Source: Bacillota bacterium
Lineage (GTDB): Bacteria > Bacillota > Clostridia > Saccharofermentanales > DTU023
Reading direction: 5' to 3'
Assembly: GCA_023426575.1 (NCBI GenBank)
Contig: JAFAAL010000012.1
Location: 2,147-66,146, forward strand
Length of the DNA stretch: 64,000 nt
Positions 1 to 12,867 of this stretch are shown here, piece after piece (the first letter of the stretch is position 1; every line of letters begins with the position of its first letter). Both the position numbers and the translations under genes were made by a program. The notes below the pieces were generated by a model. That model worked only from the letters and a program-made list of their open reading frames with translations, was not told where the DNA came from and did not search any database.

Positions 1-877
1 GTCTGGCTGTGGCAAGACAGTAACCGCCAAGGCGGTCATGCGCCTCTTAAAGGAGCCCCCTGCAGAAATCAAAGCGGGCTCGATCATTCGCTTTGCAGGT
101 GAAGACGTCCTGAAAATGGACAAGAAGCGCATTCGGCACTACAAGGGCTCCGACCTCGGCATGATCTTTCAGGACTCAATGACTTCGCTCAATCCCACGA
201 TGACCTGTGGCAAGCAAATTAGTGAGACCCTTAAAATTCATACAGATCTCAGTCCCTCCCAGCGTAAGGAGGCGACGATCGAGATGCTTAAAGCTGTTGA
301 AATTCCCAATGCTGAGCAGCGCTATCGCCAATATCCCCACGAGCTCTCTGGCGGGATGAGACAAAGAGTGATGATTGCGATCTCTTTGGCGGCGAGTCCG
401 CGCATCCTCATTGCCGATGAGCCGACAACAGCCCTCGACGTCACAATCCAGGCACAGATCATGGCCCTCTTAAAACAGTTACAGCAGAAGAAGAAGACCG
501 CCATTATCCTCGTGACACATGACCTGGGGGTCGTGGCCAATTTTGCCGATCGCATCCAGGTGATGTATGCGGGGCAGATTGTCGAAGAGGGGACGACTGA
601 GGAGATCTTTAAGAGCCCACAGCACCCCTATACCTGGGCTCTCCTCCGCTCCATCCCGCGGCTCGATGTGCAGAGTGATCAGGAACTCTATTCTCTGAAG
701 GGGACACCGCCCGATCTGCTCCTAGAATTACAGGGTTGTCCGTTCACGGACCGCTGTGACTATGCCATGGAAGTCTGTCGTCGCTATGCGCCAGATAAAA
801 GCAAGTTTTCTTGTACCCATGGCTGCTACTGCTGGTTAAAACATGAGATGGCACCCAATCAAGAGAGACCCGTCTAG
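1..877 (+). CDS. oppD: Oligopeptide/dipeptide ABC transporter ATP-binding protein (OppD/DppD type), 5' end cut by window edge
   Basis: Frame open from nt 2 with no start in window. Walker A SGCGKT at the edge, ABC signature LSGGMRQR, Walker B ILIADEPTTALD, H-loop VTHD, Cys-rich Opp-type C-terminal tail. Confidence 0.85.
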   Translation, partial: SGCGKTVTAKAVMRLLKEPPAEIKAGSIIRFAGEDVLKMDKKRIRHYKGSDLGMIFQDSMTSLNPTMTCGKQISETLKIHTDLSPSQRKEATIEMLKAVEIPNAEQRYRQYPHELSGGMRQRVMIAISLAASPRILIADEPTTALDVTIQAQIMALLKQLQQKKKTAIILVTHDLGVVANFADRIQVMYAGQIVEEGTTEEIFKSPQHPYTWALLRSIPRLDVQSDQELYSLKGTPPDLLLELQGCPFTDRCDYAMEVCRRYAPDKSKFSCTHGCYCWLKHEMAPNQERPV

Positions 878-888
878 AGGAGGCTGGG

Positions 889-1941
889 ATGAGTATCCAA
901 GACAAGAACAAAAATCTCGATGTCTTGATTGACATCAAGAACCTCAAGCAATATTTTCACATCGGACGCGGCAAGGTCGTCAAGGCCGTGGACGACGTCA
1001 GTTTTCAAATTTATCGTGGCGAGACTTTTGGTCTCGTCGGCGAGTCTGGCTGTGGCAAGACGACCTGTGGCAGGACCATCCTGCGCATCTATCAGCCGAC
1101 AGCAGGTGAGGTGAGCTATAGAGGCCAAAATGTCAGCCATCTCAGGCGCAAGGCCCTGGCTGATTATCGAAAGAAGACACAGATGATCTTCCAAGATCCC
1201 TACTCGTCTCTCGATCCTCGTATGACCGTTGAAGAAATTGTGGCTGAGGGCCTCCGCGTCCACTTTCCAAAGCTCAGCGCTGCTGAGCGGACTGAGCGCG
1301 TCATCTCTCTACTCGAGGTGGTCGGTCTGACCAAGGATCATGCCACCCGCTTTCCTCATGAGCTCTCTGGCGGGCAGAGACAGAGAATTGGGGTGGCGAG
1401 AGCACTCGCTGTCGAGCCTGAATTCATAGTCTGTGACGAGCCGATTTCCGCTCTGGATGTCTCCATCCAAGCCCAGGTCGTCAATCTCTTGAAGAAGCTT
1501 CAGCGTGAAAATGACCTGACCTATCTCTTTATTTCCCATGATTTGTCCATGGTCAAGCACATCTCAGATCGCATCGGGGTCATGTATCTCGGCAGCCTGG
1601 TCGAAGTGACGAGCAACCATCAGCTCTATGACAATCCGCTGCACCCATACACTAAAGCTCTGATATCGGCCATCCCCATTCCCGACCCCAGCCAAAAGGA
1701 CATGCAGGCGAGAATCAAATTAGAAGGGGAAATCCCCTCTCCGATCAATACGCCCCCAGGCTGCAAATTCTGTTCGCGCTGTCCTTATCGCATGAAAATA
1801 TGTCAGAAGGCGCAACCTCCCCTCAGAGAAATTGAAGCTCAACACTATGCTGCCTGCTACCTCTTCGAGCAGTGTCGTCCAGAGCAATTGACTTCAGATG
1901 ATCTCGATCATATGAGGCTGGAAAAGAGAGAAGATGAATAA
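889..1941 (+). CDS. oppF: Oligopeptide/dipeptide ABC transporter ATP-binding protein (OppF/DppF type)
   Basis: GGAGG 5 nt upstream of ATG 889. Walker A GESGCGKTT, signature LSGGQRQR, Walker B FIVCDEPISALD, C-terminal PPGCKFCSRCP motif. Confidence 0.88.
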   Translation: MSIQDKNKNLDVLIDIKNLKQYFHIGRGKVVKAVDDVSFQIYRGETFGLVGESGCGKTTCGRTILRIYQPTAGEVSYRGQNVSHLRRKALADYRKKTQMIFQDPYSSLDPRMTVEEIVAEGLRVHFPKLSAAERTERVISLLEVVGLTKDHATRFPHELSGGQRQRIGVARALAVEPEFIVCDEPISALDVSIQAQVVNLLKKLQRENDLTYLFISHDLSMVKHISDRIGVMYLGSLVEVTSNHQLYDNPLHPYTKALISAIPIPDPSQKDMQARIKLEGEIPSPINTPPGCKFCSRCPYRMKICQKAQPPLREIEAQHYAACYLFEQCRPEQLTSDDLDHMRLEKREDE

Positions 1942-1943
1942 TT

Positions 1944-1980
1944 GAAGAGACCTCCCGAAGGGGAGGTCTCTTCTTATCTT
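1944..1980. terminator. Bidirectional rho-independent terminator between convergent oppF and coaE
   Basis: Perfect 13-bp stem GAAGAGACCTCCC (1944-1956) / GGGAGGTCTCTTC (1961-1973) with GAAG loop. T-rich 3' flank on plus strand, A/T-rich flank on minus. Stem starts right after the coaE stop. Confidence 0.7.
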
Positions 1981-2591
1981 CCTGGAAGTCGAATGCCACG
2001 GTCGCCGAGTTCGCGCATTAAGATTTCGAGAACTCTGTCTTGGAGAGTGGCAAAGTCTTGGTTGTTAACGATCTCAATGTCTGCCCTCGCGGCGTATTCT
2101 TCACGGCTCATCTGTACCGCCATGCGCTGTTTCGCCGCTTCGGGGTCCAGTCCGCGCTCGGCGAGCCGATGTAAACGGAGATGATCCTCTGCCCAGACCG
2201 TCATTATGAAGTCACAGACATCAGAAAAGCCCTTTTCAAGAGGGATGGGAAAATCCATGACGAGAGCCTTGCAACCGGCCTCCTCATAGTCCTTGAGTCG
2301 ACGATTGACCTCTGCCAAGACCTCTCGATGGACGATCTGGCCCAGTTCATCTAGGGCCTGCTTGTCGTGAAAGACGAGTTCTGCCATTTTTTCTCGGCGC
2401 AGTCCCTCTTGAGAGTCTATGAACTCTCTGCCAAAACGCGCCTCGATGGCGGGGAGCGCCGCCCCATTCTGACGTGTGACGGCATGTGAAATCTCATCGG
2501 CGTCAATGACTGGCAAACCCGCCTCACGACAGATCGAGGCGACCGTTGATTTACCAGTTCCTATCCCCCCAGTGATCCCAATGATAAACAT
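1974..2591 (-). CDS. coaE: Dephospho-CoA kinase
   Basis: N-terminal P-loop IGITGGIGTGKST, typical ~200 aa length, 1-nt overlap with upstream ychF. Confidence 0.85.
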   Translation of the reverse strand: MFIIGITGGIGTGKSTVASICREAGLPVIDADEISHAVTRQNGAALPAIEARFGREFIDSQEGLRREKMAELVFHDKQALDELGQIVHREVLAEVNRRLKDYEEAGCKALVMDFPIPLEKGFSDVCDFIMTVWAEDHLRLHRLAERGLDPEAAKQRMAVQMSREEYAARADIEIVNNQDFATLQDRVLEILMRELGDRGIRLPGR

Positions 2592-3685
2592 TAGACGTTG
2601 AAACGGAAGAGGAGAATGTCGCCATCTTTAACGACATAGTCCTTGCCCTCGGAGCGGTAGAGTCCGAGGTCCTTGGCCTTTTGCATGGAGTGCTCGGCAG
2701 GACCCATGAAATTGTCATAGCTGATGCATTCAGCACGGATGAAGCCCCGCTCGAAGTCGCTATGAATTTTACCTGCGGCTTGCGGGGCCAGCGTTCCCTG
2801 GCGAATTGTCCAAGCCCGGCACTCGTCGTGGCCGGCCGTAAAATAGGAGATGAGCCCCAGGAGTTTATAGGCAGCTCTGACGACCTGATCGAGCCCAGAT
2901 TCACTGAGACCTAAATCTGTCATAAAGAGCTCTCGATCTTCTGGCTCGAGTTCTTGCAACTCAGCTTCAACTTGAGTACATAGAGTGATGAGCTCCGCCC
3001 CCTGAGACCTTGCATAGTCCTGGAGGGGGGTGATTGACTCTGGCTTGCTCCCAATGTCTGCCTCACTGATGTTTGCAAGGTAAAGGATGGGCTTGTCTGA
3101 GAGCAGCAGGAGCTCTTGCATGATTTCTCGGCCGCTCTCTCGCCCTGGAAACTGGCTGGCATTTTGCCCTGTCTCGAGAAAGGCGTGCAGCTCATTGAGA
3201 AAGTCCAATTCAAGCAAAGCCTCCTTCTGGCCCGTTTTGGCCATCTTTGAAACCTTCACCTGCCTGCGCTCAATCTGTTCTAAATCTGCGAGGATCAGTT
3301 CTGTCTCAATGGCCTTGACGTCACGCATTGTATCGACGGAGCCGTAGACATGGGTGATATTTGAATCTTCAAAAGCTCGGACGAGATGGACAATCGCGTC
3401 ACATTCGCGGATATTTCCCAGAAATTTATTGCCGAGTCCCTCCCCCTGGGCGGCTCCCTCGACCAAGCCAGCAATATCGACAAATGTCACTACTGCGGGC
3501 GTCTTCTTCTTAGGTTGATAGACATCTGCCAGGCGATCGAGACGCTGATCGGGTAGAGGCACGATACCGATATTCGGTTCAATCGTACAGAAGGGGTAAT
3601 TGGCGCATTCGGCGCCCGCCTGGGTCAGGGCGTTGAACAGGGTGGACTTGCCGACATTGGGCAGACCTACAATTCCAAGCTTCAT
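2591..3685 (-). CDS. ychF: Ribosome-binding ATPase YchF (Obg-like)
   Basis: MKLGIVGLPNVGKSTLFNALT G1 motif, TFVDIAGLV G3, C-terminal TGS-like DGDILLFRFNV, 364 aa. Confidence 0.93.
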   Translation of the reverse strand: MKLGIVGLPNVGKSTLFNALTQAGAECANYPFCTIEPNIGIVPLPDQRLDRLADVYQPKKKTPAVVTFVDIAGLVEGAAQGEGLGNKFLGNIRECDAIVHLVRAFEDSNITHVYGSVDTMRDVKAIETELILADLEQIERRQVKVSKMAKTGQKEALLELDFLNELHAFLETGQNASQFPGRESGREIMQELLLLSDKPILYLANISEADIGSKPESITPLQDYARSQGAELITLCTQVEAELQELEPEDRELFMTDLGLSESGLDQVVRAAYKLLGLISYFTAGHDECRAWTIRQGTLAPQAAGKIHSDFERGFIRAECISYDNFMGPAEHSMQKAKDLGLYRSEGKDYVVKDGDILLFRFNV

Positions 3686-3845
3686 GAGCGGCTCACTTTC
3701 CTATTTGCTGAAGGTATTTTAAACCATATTGAAGAGAATTGGCAGAGGCGTCGACGGGAACTGTCGCATTTTGACTGAGCGTTGTGCCTCTCTGCACGGG
3801 ACTTTTCTTTAGGATTTAAGCTAATGAAGTGGAGTGGAGGTCATT

Positions 3846-5393
3846 ATGGCATACGCCAGCATGAAAACAATCTTTATGAACGGTCGGCAAGCAGAATTGG
3901 GAAAAATAGAGATCCAATTGAGTTCTGGCCTGCCGACATTTTTCTTTAGCGGCCTGGTTCGCGGAGCGCTTCGAGAGAGCCCACAGCGTGTTCGGGCATG
4001 CTTTCAGAATTTAGGCCTCAGCTATCCTCAGAGAAAGATTCTCATCTCCTGTCAGCCGGCTGACACAGCTAAGGATGGCAGCCATTACGATCTTGCGCTG
4101 GCTGTCCTCCTCGCTGAGGCCACGGGTCAGGGGCGGCGCGTTCCAGAGTTCCAGGAGGCATTGATCCTGGGTGAGCTCGATCTCCAAGGAGACGTTCAGG
4201 CATTCTCAGACCTATTGAATTATCTGCGGGCAGCTTCTGACTTTGGCTTTCGAGATATCATCCTTTCAGATGTCGATACCGAAGAATTGACGGCCTGTCG
4301 TGAAGCTTTTGGCCATTTAAGACTTTGGCCCGTCCGAGATCTCAAGTCCTGTCTGAACCTTGTGACTGCTGGAGATTCTAAGTCTGTCTCAGCCTGGAGA
4401 TTGCCAGCGCCTAATGCTGATGCGGAGCTGAATGTGTCGGAGAGTCTTCGCCATTTTGCCCTGATTCCCTCGCAGGGTGAGCTGATCTATGCCCTGGCCG
4501 TCGCAGCAGCTGGATGGCATCCTCTGTTTATCATCGGGGCTCCAGGAACTGGCAAGAGCTTTACAGCGGAAATTATGCGCTATCTCCAAAGTTCTGATCG
4601 CTCAGATCAGCTGCGTCCCTTTGTCAGCTGTCATCATTCAGTGACGAGGGCGGCGCTGATTGGGGGCGGTGTCCCCATCCGAGAGGGACTCGTCACCAAG
4701 GCAGATGGGGGAACCTTGTTTCTCGATGAGTTGACAGAGTTTCACAGCCAGCATCTCGATCTTTTGCGGGAGATTTTATCTTCTGGACAGGTTGAATTGG
4801 CACGCGCTGATGAGCATTGCCATCTACCAGCGGATTTCCTGCTCGTTGCTGCTGCCAATCCCTGTCCCTGTGGCTATTATCTCGATGGTCAGAATCGCTG
4901 TACCTGTGCCTTCACACGTGTCGAACGCTATCAGGGGAAAATATCAGGGCCACTCTGGGATCGCTTTCAATTACAGGTCTCTCTCAGAACACTGCCAGCT
5001 GAAGAACTGGCCCATGCCTATCAAGAGGAGGCTATTGCGGCGGGACAGCGCAAGTTGTCTTTTCTGCGCCAAGCTGTAGCGAGGGCTGTGGAACGACAAA
5101 AAGAGAGGGCTAATCAACAGGGCCTCAGCGAATGGCGCAACGGCCGCATGCAGGAAGGCGATCTGATCAAGATCTTTCAAGTCAATCTCAGTGCGCGGCA
5201 GGCTCTTATCCCCTTGGCAAGCATGCGGCGATTGACTGCGCGCGGGGTGTCACATCTCCTGGGAGTCGCCAGGACAATGGCAGATCTTGCGGACCGCGAT
5301 GAGCTCGATCTCAGAGATCTTCATCTCGCCTTGTCTTATCTCCCTGTGAGACCCACTGTCGCTGTGCAGAAGCAGCAGTGGGCTAGTTTTTAA
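3846..5393 (+). CDS. comM: YifB/ComM family Mg-chelatase-like AAA+ ATPase
   Basis: Walker A GAPGTGKS, Walker B LFLDELTEF, Lon-like N-domain, C-terminal ChlI-like helix bundle. GGAGG 5 nt before ATG 3846 (the track start 3834 is an upstream GTG). Confidence 0.85.
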   Translation: MAYASMKTIFMNGRQAELGKIEIQLSSGLPTFFFSGLVRGALRESPQRVRACFQNLGLSYPQRKILISCQPADTAKDGSHYDLALAVLLAEATGQGRRVPEFQEALILGELDLQGDVQAFSDLLNYLRAASDFGFRDIILSDVDTEELTACREAFGHLRLWPVRDLKSCLNLVTAGDSKSVSAWRLPAPNADAELNVSESLRHFALIPSQGELIYALAVAAAGWHPLFIIGAPGTGKSFTAEIMRYLQSSDRSDQLRPFVSCHHSVTRAALIGGGVPIREGLVTKADGGTLFLDELTEFHSQHLDLLREILSSGQVELARADEHCHLPADFLLVAAANPCPCGYYLDGQNRCTCAFTRVERYQGKISGPLWDRFQLQVSLRTLPAEELAHAYQEEAIAAGQRKLSFLRQAVARAVERQKERANQQGLSEWRNGRMQEGDLIKIFQVNLSARQALIPLASMRRLTARGVSHLLGVARTMADLADRDELDLRDLHLALSYLPVRPTVAVQKQQWASF

Positions 5394-6617
5394 ATGTATC
5401 AAGTCAGGTGGGCCCTAGCAGAGAGAGTTTTTAGAGCTCAGCAGGGACGAGCTGCTCAGGGGAGAGGGACCTATGCACTCCTCTACGAGATCATTTCTCA
5501 CTACGGGCCTGAACTGGGACTTGAGCTCTCTCAGCGGGCCACTCAAGTGCTAGAAGACGATCAGAGCAGTATGGCCGAAGTGAATACGCCGTTTCTGACA
5601 GCCTCTTGGCAAGGGATGATTGAAGAGCTCTTAGAGCATAGGGGATTGCAGGACAAAGCTGCCATCCAAGGGCCTCTGGCGAAATTTGCCTCCTCTGCTG
5701 ATGTCTGTTTTTTTGGCAGTACACTCTACCCAGAGAGCCTTTATGACTGCGCGCGTCCTGCGCCCATCATTTGGCACTTGGGCGCCAGGCCTGACTTGCT
5801 CGCTCACGAAGATGCGATGGCCGTCGTCGGCAGTCGCAGTGCGACCGCATATGGATTGAGAGTTGCATCTGACCTGGCCACATTGTTGGTGCAGCTCAAC
5901 TTGCCTCTGATCAGTGGACTGGCCATCGGAATCGATAGCGCAGCTCAGTGGTCAGCTCTGAAGCAGGGGGGACAAGTCATGGGTGTGATGCCGGGTGGCC
6001 TGAATCATCCCTATCCGCACAGTTCCTGGGAGCTCTACAAAGAAGTCGCCAAGACGGGCCTGCTCATCTCTTTATTTCCTCCCGTTGAGAAGGTTCACCG
6101 CTGGCACTTTCCCGTCCGAAACCATCTGATCGCCGGACTCGCAGCTGAGACCTTTGTCATCGAGGGGGCGGAACACTCAGGCTCGCTTTTGACGGCTCAT
6201 GCCGCCCTAGAAATGGGCAAGGAGATATGGGCCGTGCCGGGCTCGATCTATCAGCCAGCTTCCAGAGCAGGCAATGGCCTCATCGCAGATGGGGCGAATC
6301 CGCTCTATGACTTTGCCGTCTTGGAAAAGTATTTGAAAGAGCGATATGGGGTCTCACGACAGATGAGTTCCTCTCAGCTGCAAGGGGAAGCTAGAGAGGA
6401 GAAATTCCAGATCAGCCTTAGGGAGCAGGCCGAGCTAAAGACTTTGCTGCTCTTCCTCGCAGAAGAGAATAAGGCTCTCTCAGAACTTCAGGAACGGTGG
6501 CGAACGAGCCCTGAAGAGCTGAGAGAAATGCTCGGCTATGCCATGGCGACGGGGCTTGTCGAGAACCTTGGCGGGAAATTTGTTTTGACAGGTCGGGGGC
6601 TTTCCGTTATATATTAG
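5394..6617 (+). CDS. dprA: DNA processing protein DprA (Smf)
   Basis: Rossmann-like DprA core (VVGSRSATAYG, SGLAIGIDSAAQ, GSLLTAHAALEMGKEIWAVPG). Starts on the nucleotide after the comM stop. Classic dprA-topA linkage. Confidence 0.85.
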   Translation: MYQVRWALAERVFRAQQGRAAQGRGTYALLYEIISHYGPELGLELSQRATQVLEDDQSSMAEVNTPFLTASWQGMIEELLEHRGLQDKAAIQGPLAKFASSADVCFFGSTLYPESLYDCARPAPIIWHLGARPDLLAHEDAMAVVGSRSATAYGLRVASDLATLLVQLNLPLISGLAIGIDSAAQWSALKQGGQVMGVMPGGLNHPYPHSSWELYKEVAKTGLLISLFPPVEKVHRWHFPVRNHLIAGLAAETFVIEGAEHSGSLLTAHAALEMGKEIWAVPGSIYQPASRAGNGLIADGANPLYDFAVLEKYLKERYGVSRQMSSSQLQGEAREEKFQISLREQAELKTLLLFLAEENKALSELQERWRTSPEELREMLGYAMATGLVENLGGKFVLTGRGLSVIY

Positions 6618-6640
6618 AGAGAATTTGGCGGGAGGTTTCG

Positions 6641-8824
6641 ATGGGCAAGACACTCATTATTGTTGAATCACCAGCAAAAGCGAATACAATCGCCCGTTAT
6701 TTGGGCAAAGATTATGAGGTTATGGCTTCGGTCGGCCACGTGCGCGATCTGCCAAGTGCAACTCTTGGCGTCAATACTGCGAATGATTTTCAGCCTCTCT
6801 ACATCACGATGCCTGGCAAGGAATCTGTCATCGCCAAGCTCAAGGCGCAGAAAGAGAAATCTGAGGCCGTCCTCTTGGCAACGGACCCTGATCGTGAGGG
6901 TGAGGCGATTGCCTGGCACCTGGCCAAGGCGCTCAAGATCGATCCTGCGAGTGATTGTCGCATCACTTTTAATGAGATCACACAAAAAGCGATCAAAGAA
7001 AATATTAAGAAACCACGCCCCCTCGACATGAATTTGGTCGATGCCCAGCAAGGTCGCCGCATTCTCGACCGCCTCGTCGGCTATGAACTCAGCCCCTTGC
7101 TCTGGGAGAAAATCCGCAAGGGCCTGTCGGCAGGCCGCGTCCAATCTGTCGCCTGTAAGTTGATCGTCGATCGTGAGCGGGACATCCAGGCCTTTGTTCC
7201 TGAAGAGTACTGGCCACTCAAGGCAATTCTTCAGGGAGACTCTGAAGCGGCCTCATTTACGGCCAATTACCACGGAGAGTTGAGTGGCGGCAAGGTCAAG
7301 AAGGTCAGCTTGGGTTCAGAGGCTGAGTGTATGCAGCTCGTCGCCCGCCTCAAGGACTCTCAATTTGTCCTGACTGATTTGAAGAAGAGAGAGATTAAGC
7401 GGCATCCGTATCCTCCCTTTACGACCTCGACGCTTCAGCAGGAGGCCTCTCGCTATCTCAATTTTTCGGCAAGTCGGACGATGCGTACCGCCCAGCAGCT
7501 CTACGAGGGCGTCAAATTGTCCAATGAGGGTCAGACATCTCTAATCTCTTATATCAGAACTGACTCTCTGCGCATTTCGAACGAAGCCATTGAGCCAGCT
7601 CGACAATATATCTCCGCGCGCTTTGGTGCGGACTACCTCCCAGATAAGCCTCATTTCTATAAGAATAAAAAAGCTGCCCAGGATGCCCATGAGGCCATTC
7701 GACCCATCCATTTTGACTTGCCACCTGAGAAAATTCGACATGAGCTGGGAGCCGATCAGTATAAGCTCTACAGCCTGATCTGGAATAAGTTCATCGCCTC
7801 TCAGATGAATCCGGCGCTGGTCGAGAGCTCAAATCTTCAAATCGAGGCCGGTACTTCCGTCTTTAAGGCGCGTGGTGAGCGCGTTCTCTTTCCAGGCTGG
7901 CAAGCCGTCTATGGCTTCAAAGAGGAAGGAGAGGGCGAGGGTGAGAATGATTTGCCAGAGCTCAAAGAGGGGCAGGATCTGATCCTTCTGAAGCTCGAGC
8001 AAGAGCAGAAGTTCACACTTCCGCCAGCCCGCTATACCGAGGCCTCGCTGATCAAGGCTATGGAAGATGAGGGCATCGGTCGTCCTTCAACCTACGCTCC
8101 GACGCTCAACACTCTCTTCACCCGCAACTACGTGGAAAAAGATGGTCGTTCCCTGCTACCCACAGAAATCTGCTTTCTCGTCACTGAGATGCTCGAAGAA
8201 AATTTTTCGGACATCGTCAGCACGAAGTTCACTGCGGAAATGGAAGAGGAGCTCGATACGGTTGAAGAAGGTCATAAGACCTGGGTCCAGGTTCTCCGCG
8301 ATTTTTATCCCGATTTTCATAAGCAGATTGAAGAGGCCTCTAAGACCGTGGCCAAGCACGAATTTCCCGAGGAGAAAATAGGGGAGATTTGTCCTGAGTG
8401 CCAAGAGGGCGAGCTCGTCAAGAAACACGGGCGCTATGGTGAGTTCATCGCCTGCGATCACTATCCCGACTGTAAGTACACGAGGGCCATCGAGGAAGTT
8501 GTCGAAGGGGCCATCTGTCCGCTCTGCGGCTCAGAAATCTATAAGAAGAGAACGCGCAAGAGGCGCAGTTCTATCTTCTATGTCTGCGCTAAGCAGAAAG
8601 ATCCCAACTGCACTTTTATCTCTTGGGACATGCCGCTGGCCAAGAACTGTGAGCTCTGTGGAGCTCATATGGTCAAAAAGCGCTATCGCAACCGCTTCTA
8701 TGAACGCTGCTCGAATCCAGATTGCCCGAGTCAGCGCGAGACGCAGAGCACGCCTAAGAAAAACAGTGAGAAGAAGTCAAAAGGCGCAAAGAAGAAGAGC
8801 GAGCGTCAGCCCGAGCATGAGTAG
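6641..8824 (+). CDS. topA: DNA topoisomerase I
   Basis: Toprim TLIIVESPAKANTI, DPDREGE, active-site Tyr context SYIRTDS, three C-terminal Cys4 zinc ribbons and a Lys-rich tail. Confidence 0.95.
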   Translation: MGKTLIIVESPAKANTIARYLGKDYEVMASVGHVRDLPSATLGVNTANDFQPLYITMPGKESVIAKLKAQKEKSEAVLLATDPDREGEAIAWHLAKALKIDPASDCRITFNEITQKAIKENIKKPRPLDMNLVDAQQGRRILDRLVGYELSPLLWEKIRKGLSAGRVQSVACKLIVDRERDIQAFVPEEYWPLKAILQGDSEAASFTANYHGELSGGKVKKVSLGSEAECMQLVARLKDSQFVLTDLKKREIKRHPYPPFTTSTLQQEASRYLNFSASRTMRTAQQLYEGVKLSNEGQTSLISYIRTDSLRISNEAIEPARQYISARFGADYLPDKPHFYKNKKAAQDAHEAIRPIHFDLPPEKIRHELGADQYKLYSLIWNKFIASQMNPALVESSNLQIEAGTSVFKARGERVLFPGWQAVYGFKEEGEGEGENDLPELKEGQDLILLKLEQEQKFTLPPARYTEASLIKAMEDEGIGRPSTYAPTLNTLFTRNYVEKDGRSLLPTEICFLVTEMLEENFSDIVSTKFTAEMEEELDTVEEGHKTWVQVLRDFYPDFHKQIEEASKTVAKHEFPEEKIGEICPECQEGELVKKHGRYGEFIACDHYPDCKYTRAIEEVVEGAICPLCGSEIYKKRTRKRRSSIFYVCAKQKDPNCTFISWDMPLAKNCELCGAHMVKKRYRNRFYERCSNPDCPSQRETQSTPKKNSEKKSKGAKKKSERQPEHE

Positions 8825-10267
8825 AGAAAGACAGGGGAGACCCTCCGTTCTCGTCGTCGGCGGGGGGCTCGCCGGCTGTGAGGCCAGCTGGCAACTCTTA
8901 CGACTCGGAGCCGCCGTCGACTTACGCGAGATGCGACCTGCAGTCATGACTCCTGCCCACCGAACGGGGGAACTGGCGGAGCTTCTCTGCTCAAATTCCC
9001 TGCGCTCCATGCGTCTGGAGAATGCGGGGGGTGTCTTAAAGTATGAACTCAAAGCTCATGACTCTCTCATTCTCCGAGCGGCCGAGGCCAGTCGTGTTCC
9101 CGCAGGTTTCGCCCTGGCGGTCGATCGCCAGAACTTTTCGCGCTTTATCGAAGAAGCCCTCCTCGCGAATCCTCACTTCCAGCTTCAAAGATCGGAAGTC
9201 CAATCTTTAGATCCGGCTCTATTCTCCAACTACGATGCCGTCATTTTGGCCACGGGGCCACTGACATCTCCATCCCTCGCCACCGCGATGTCTGGCTGGC
9301 TCGGGACTGACAATCTCTACTTCTACGATGCCAAAGCGCCTATCGTTGAGGCTGAGAGTCTCGATCTGGAGGCCATCTATCGGGCCTCGCGCTATCAGGC
9401 TGACGCAGTCGGTGACTATCTCAACTGCTCTCTGAATGAGGAGGAATATCGACGATTCTATGAGGCGCTGGTGAGCGCAGAGACCAGTCCTCTCCACAAT
9501 TTTGAAAGTCTTCGACTCTTCCAAGGCTGTCAGCCACTGGAGGAAATTGCCCGCAGCGGTTACGACAGTTTGCGCTTTGGCCCTCTTAAGCCCGTGGGAT
9601 TGAAACTCCCCGATGGCACAGAGCCCTATGCTGTCCTGCAGCTGCGCCAAGATAATGCAAGCGGCACACAATACAATTTGACGGGCTGTCAGACGCGCCT
9701 GACCTATCCTGAGCAAGACCGTGTCTTCCGCTACATACCAGCCCTGAAAGATGCCCGCTTTGTCAGCTATGGGCAGATGCACCGCAATATCTATATCAAC
9801 GCACCCGTAAGCTTGACGCGTGCTTATCGCGTTCAGCCAGCCTATGCGGATCGCATCTTGGCGGGTCTCGATCTCGGCATCGTTGGGCAGCTGAGTGGTG
9901 TAGAGGGCTATATTGAATCGACAGCCTCCGGCTTCTTGGCCGCACATGAACTCGCAGAGAGACTGGGACTGTCCTCAGACTGGCCGCGCTTTTCAAGAGA
10001 TCGTGAACGGGCCTATGAGGAGACGATGATCGGCGGCCTGGCCCTACACACAGAGCGAGTGAGCGACGACTATCAACCGGCAAAAGCCAACTACGGACTC
10101 CTCTCGCCCTTATCGCCAGATCTGCGTGGCCAATTGCGTCGCCAGTATCGCCTTCCGCGCCAAGGTCGTCGGGGACGCCGGCTGCTCTATGCCTGCCGTG
10201 CGCTGAGCCATGTCTACGCTCCGGAGGAGCTTGAGTCCATTGTCAGGGCAGAGTTAGAGGAGGAGAG

Positions 10268-10271
<4 letters not shown>
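8817..10271 (+). CDS. trmFO: Methylenetetrahydrofolate--tRNA-(uracil54-C5)-methyltransferase TrmFO (Gid)
   Basis: ATG 8817 overlaps the topA stop. The FAD motif VLVVGGGLAGCEASWQL follows within 12 aa. The track ORF start at 8436 is an out-of-frame overlap with topA. Confidence 0.9.
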
Positions 10272-12426
<2,155 letters not shown>

Positions 12427-12436
12427 GGGCTCATTC

Positions 12437-12465
12437 TTTACATTTATAGCCCCCTTAGGTAAAAT
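12437..12465 (+). promoter_or_regulatory. Putative sigma-A promoter for yajC-SCIFF unit
   Basis: TTTACA (12437-12442), 17-nt spacer, TAAAAT (12460-12465), in the 71-nt gap after tgt. Confidence 0.45.
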
Positions 12466-12497
12466 GGTTTCAATTACTTCAAGTAGGGAGTCTAACA

Positions 12498-12827
12498 ATG
12501 ACATATCTGTTTTTATTGCAAGCAATAGCCCCCGGTGCCAGCCCCTATTTCAGCATGATTCTCATGCTGCTCATGCTTGGCGCCTTCTGGTTTATGCTGA
12601 TGAGGCCCCAGCGCAAGCGCGAGAAGCAGTTGCGCGAGGATCTCAAGGCGATGAAGGTCGGGGATCAAGTCATGACCATCGGAGGCATCGTCGGTCGCGT
12701 GATGAACATCAATAATGATGAGGTCACCATCTCCACCTCTGCCGCCAATACCCTCATGACATTCAAAATGTCCGCCATCAGCCAGGTCGTCAAGGATCGT
12801 CCAGAAGCGACTGTTGACGAGAAGTAG
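12498..12827 (+). CDS. yajC: Preprotein translocase subunit YajC
   Basis: Single N-terminal TM helix then QRKREKQ...LKAMKVGDQVMTIGGIVGRV, the canonical YajC core. Confidence 0.9.
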   Translation: MTYLFLLQAIAPGASPYFSMILMLLMLGAFWFMLMRPQRKREKQLREDLKAMKVGDQVMTIGGIVGRVMNINNDEVTISTSAANTLMTFKMSAISQVVKDRPEATVDEK

Positions 12828-12867
12828 TCGCCAGATGTTCAAAGCGACTTAGTAAAGGATGAATCAC

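Noticed and set aside
1-18. 18-nt exact repeat GTCTGGCTGTGGCAAGAC, also present at 1044-1061
   Set aside because: Both copies encode the Walker A segment SGCGKT of the paralogous OppD and OppF ATPases. This is coding-sequence conservation, not a mobile or regulatory repeat.
8436-8816. 381-nt in-frame upstream extension of the trmFO ORF (track start 8436)
   Set aside because: It lies wholly inside the conserved zinc-ribbon C-terminus of topA in another frame and translates to Arg/Ser/Ala-rich low-complexity sequence. ATG 8817 places the GGGLAG FAD motif at the normal distance from the N-terminus.
9219-9947. 242-aa minus-strand ORF (similar cases at 45231-45941, 33483-34079 and 16660-17199)
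   Set aside because: All are antisense to well-supported conserved genes (trmFO, mutS, pyrC, rpoD). They lack RBSs and have no recognisable domains.
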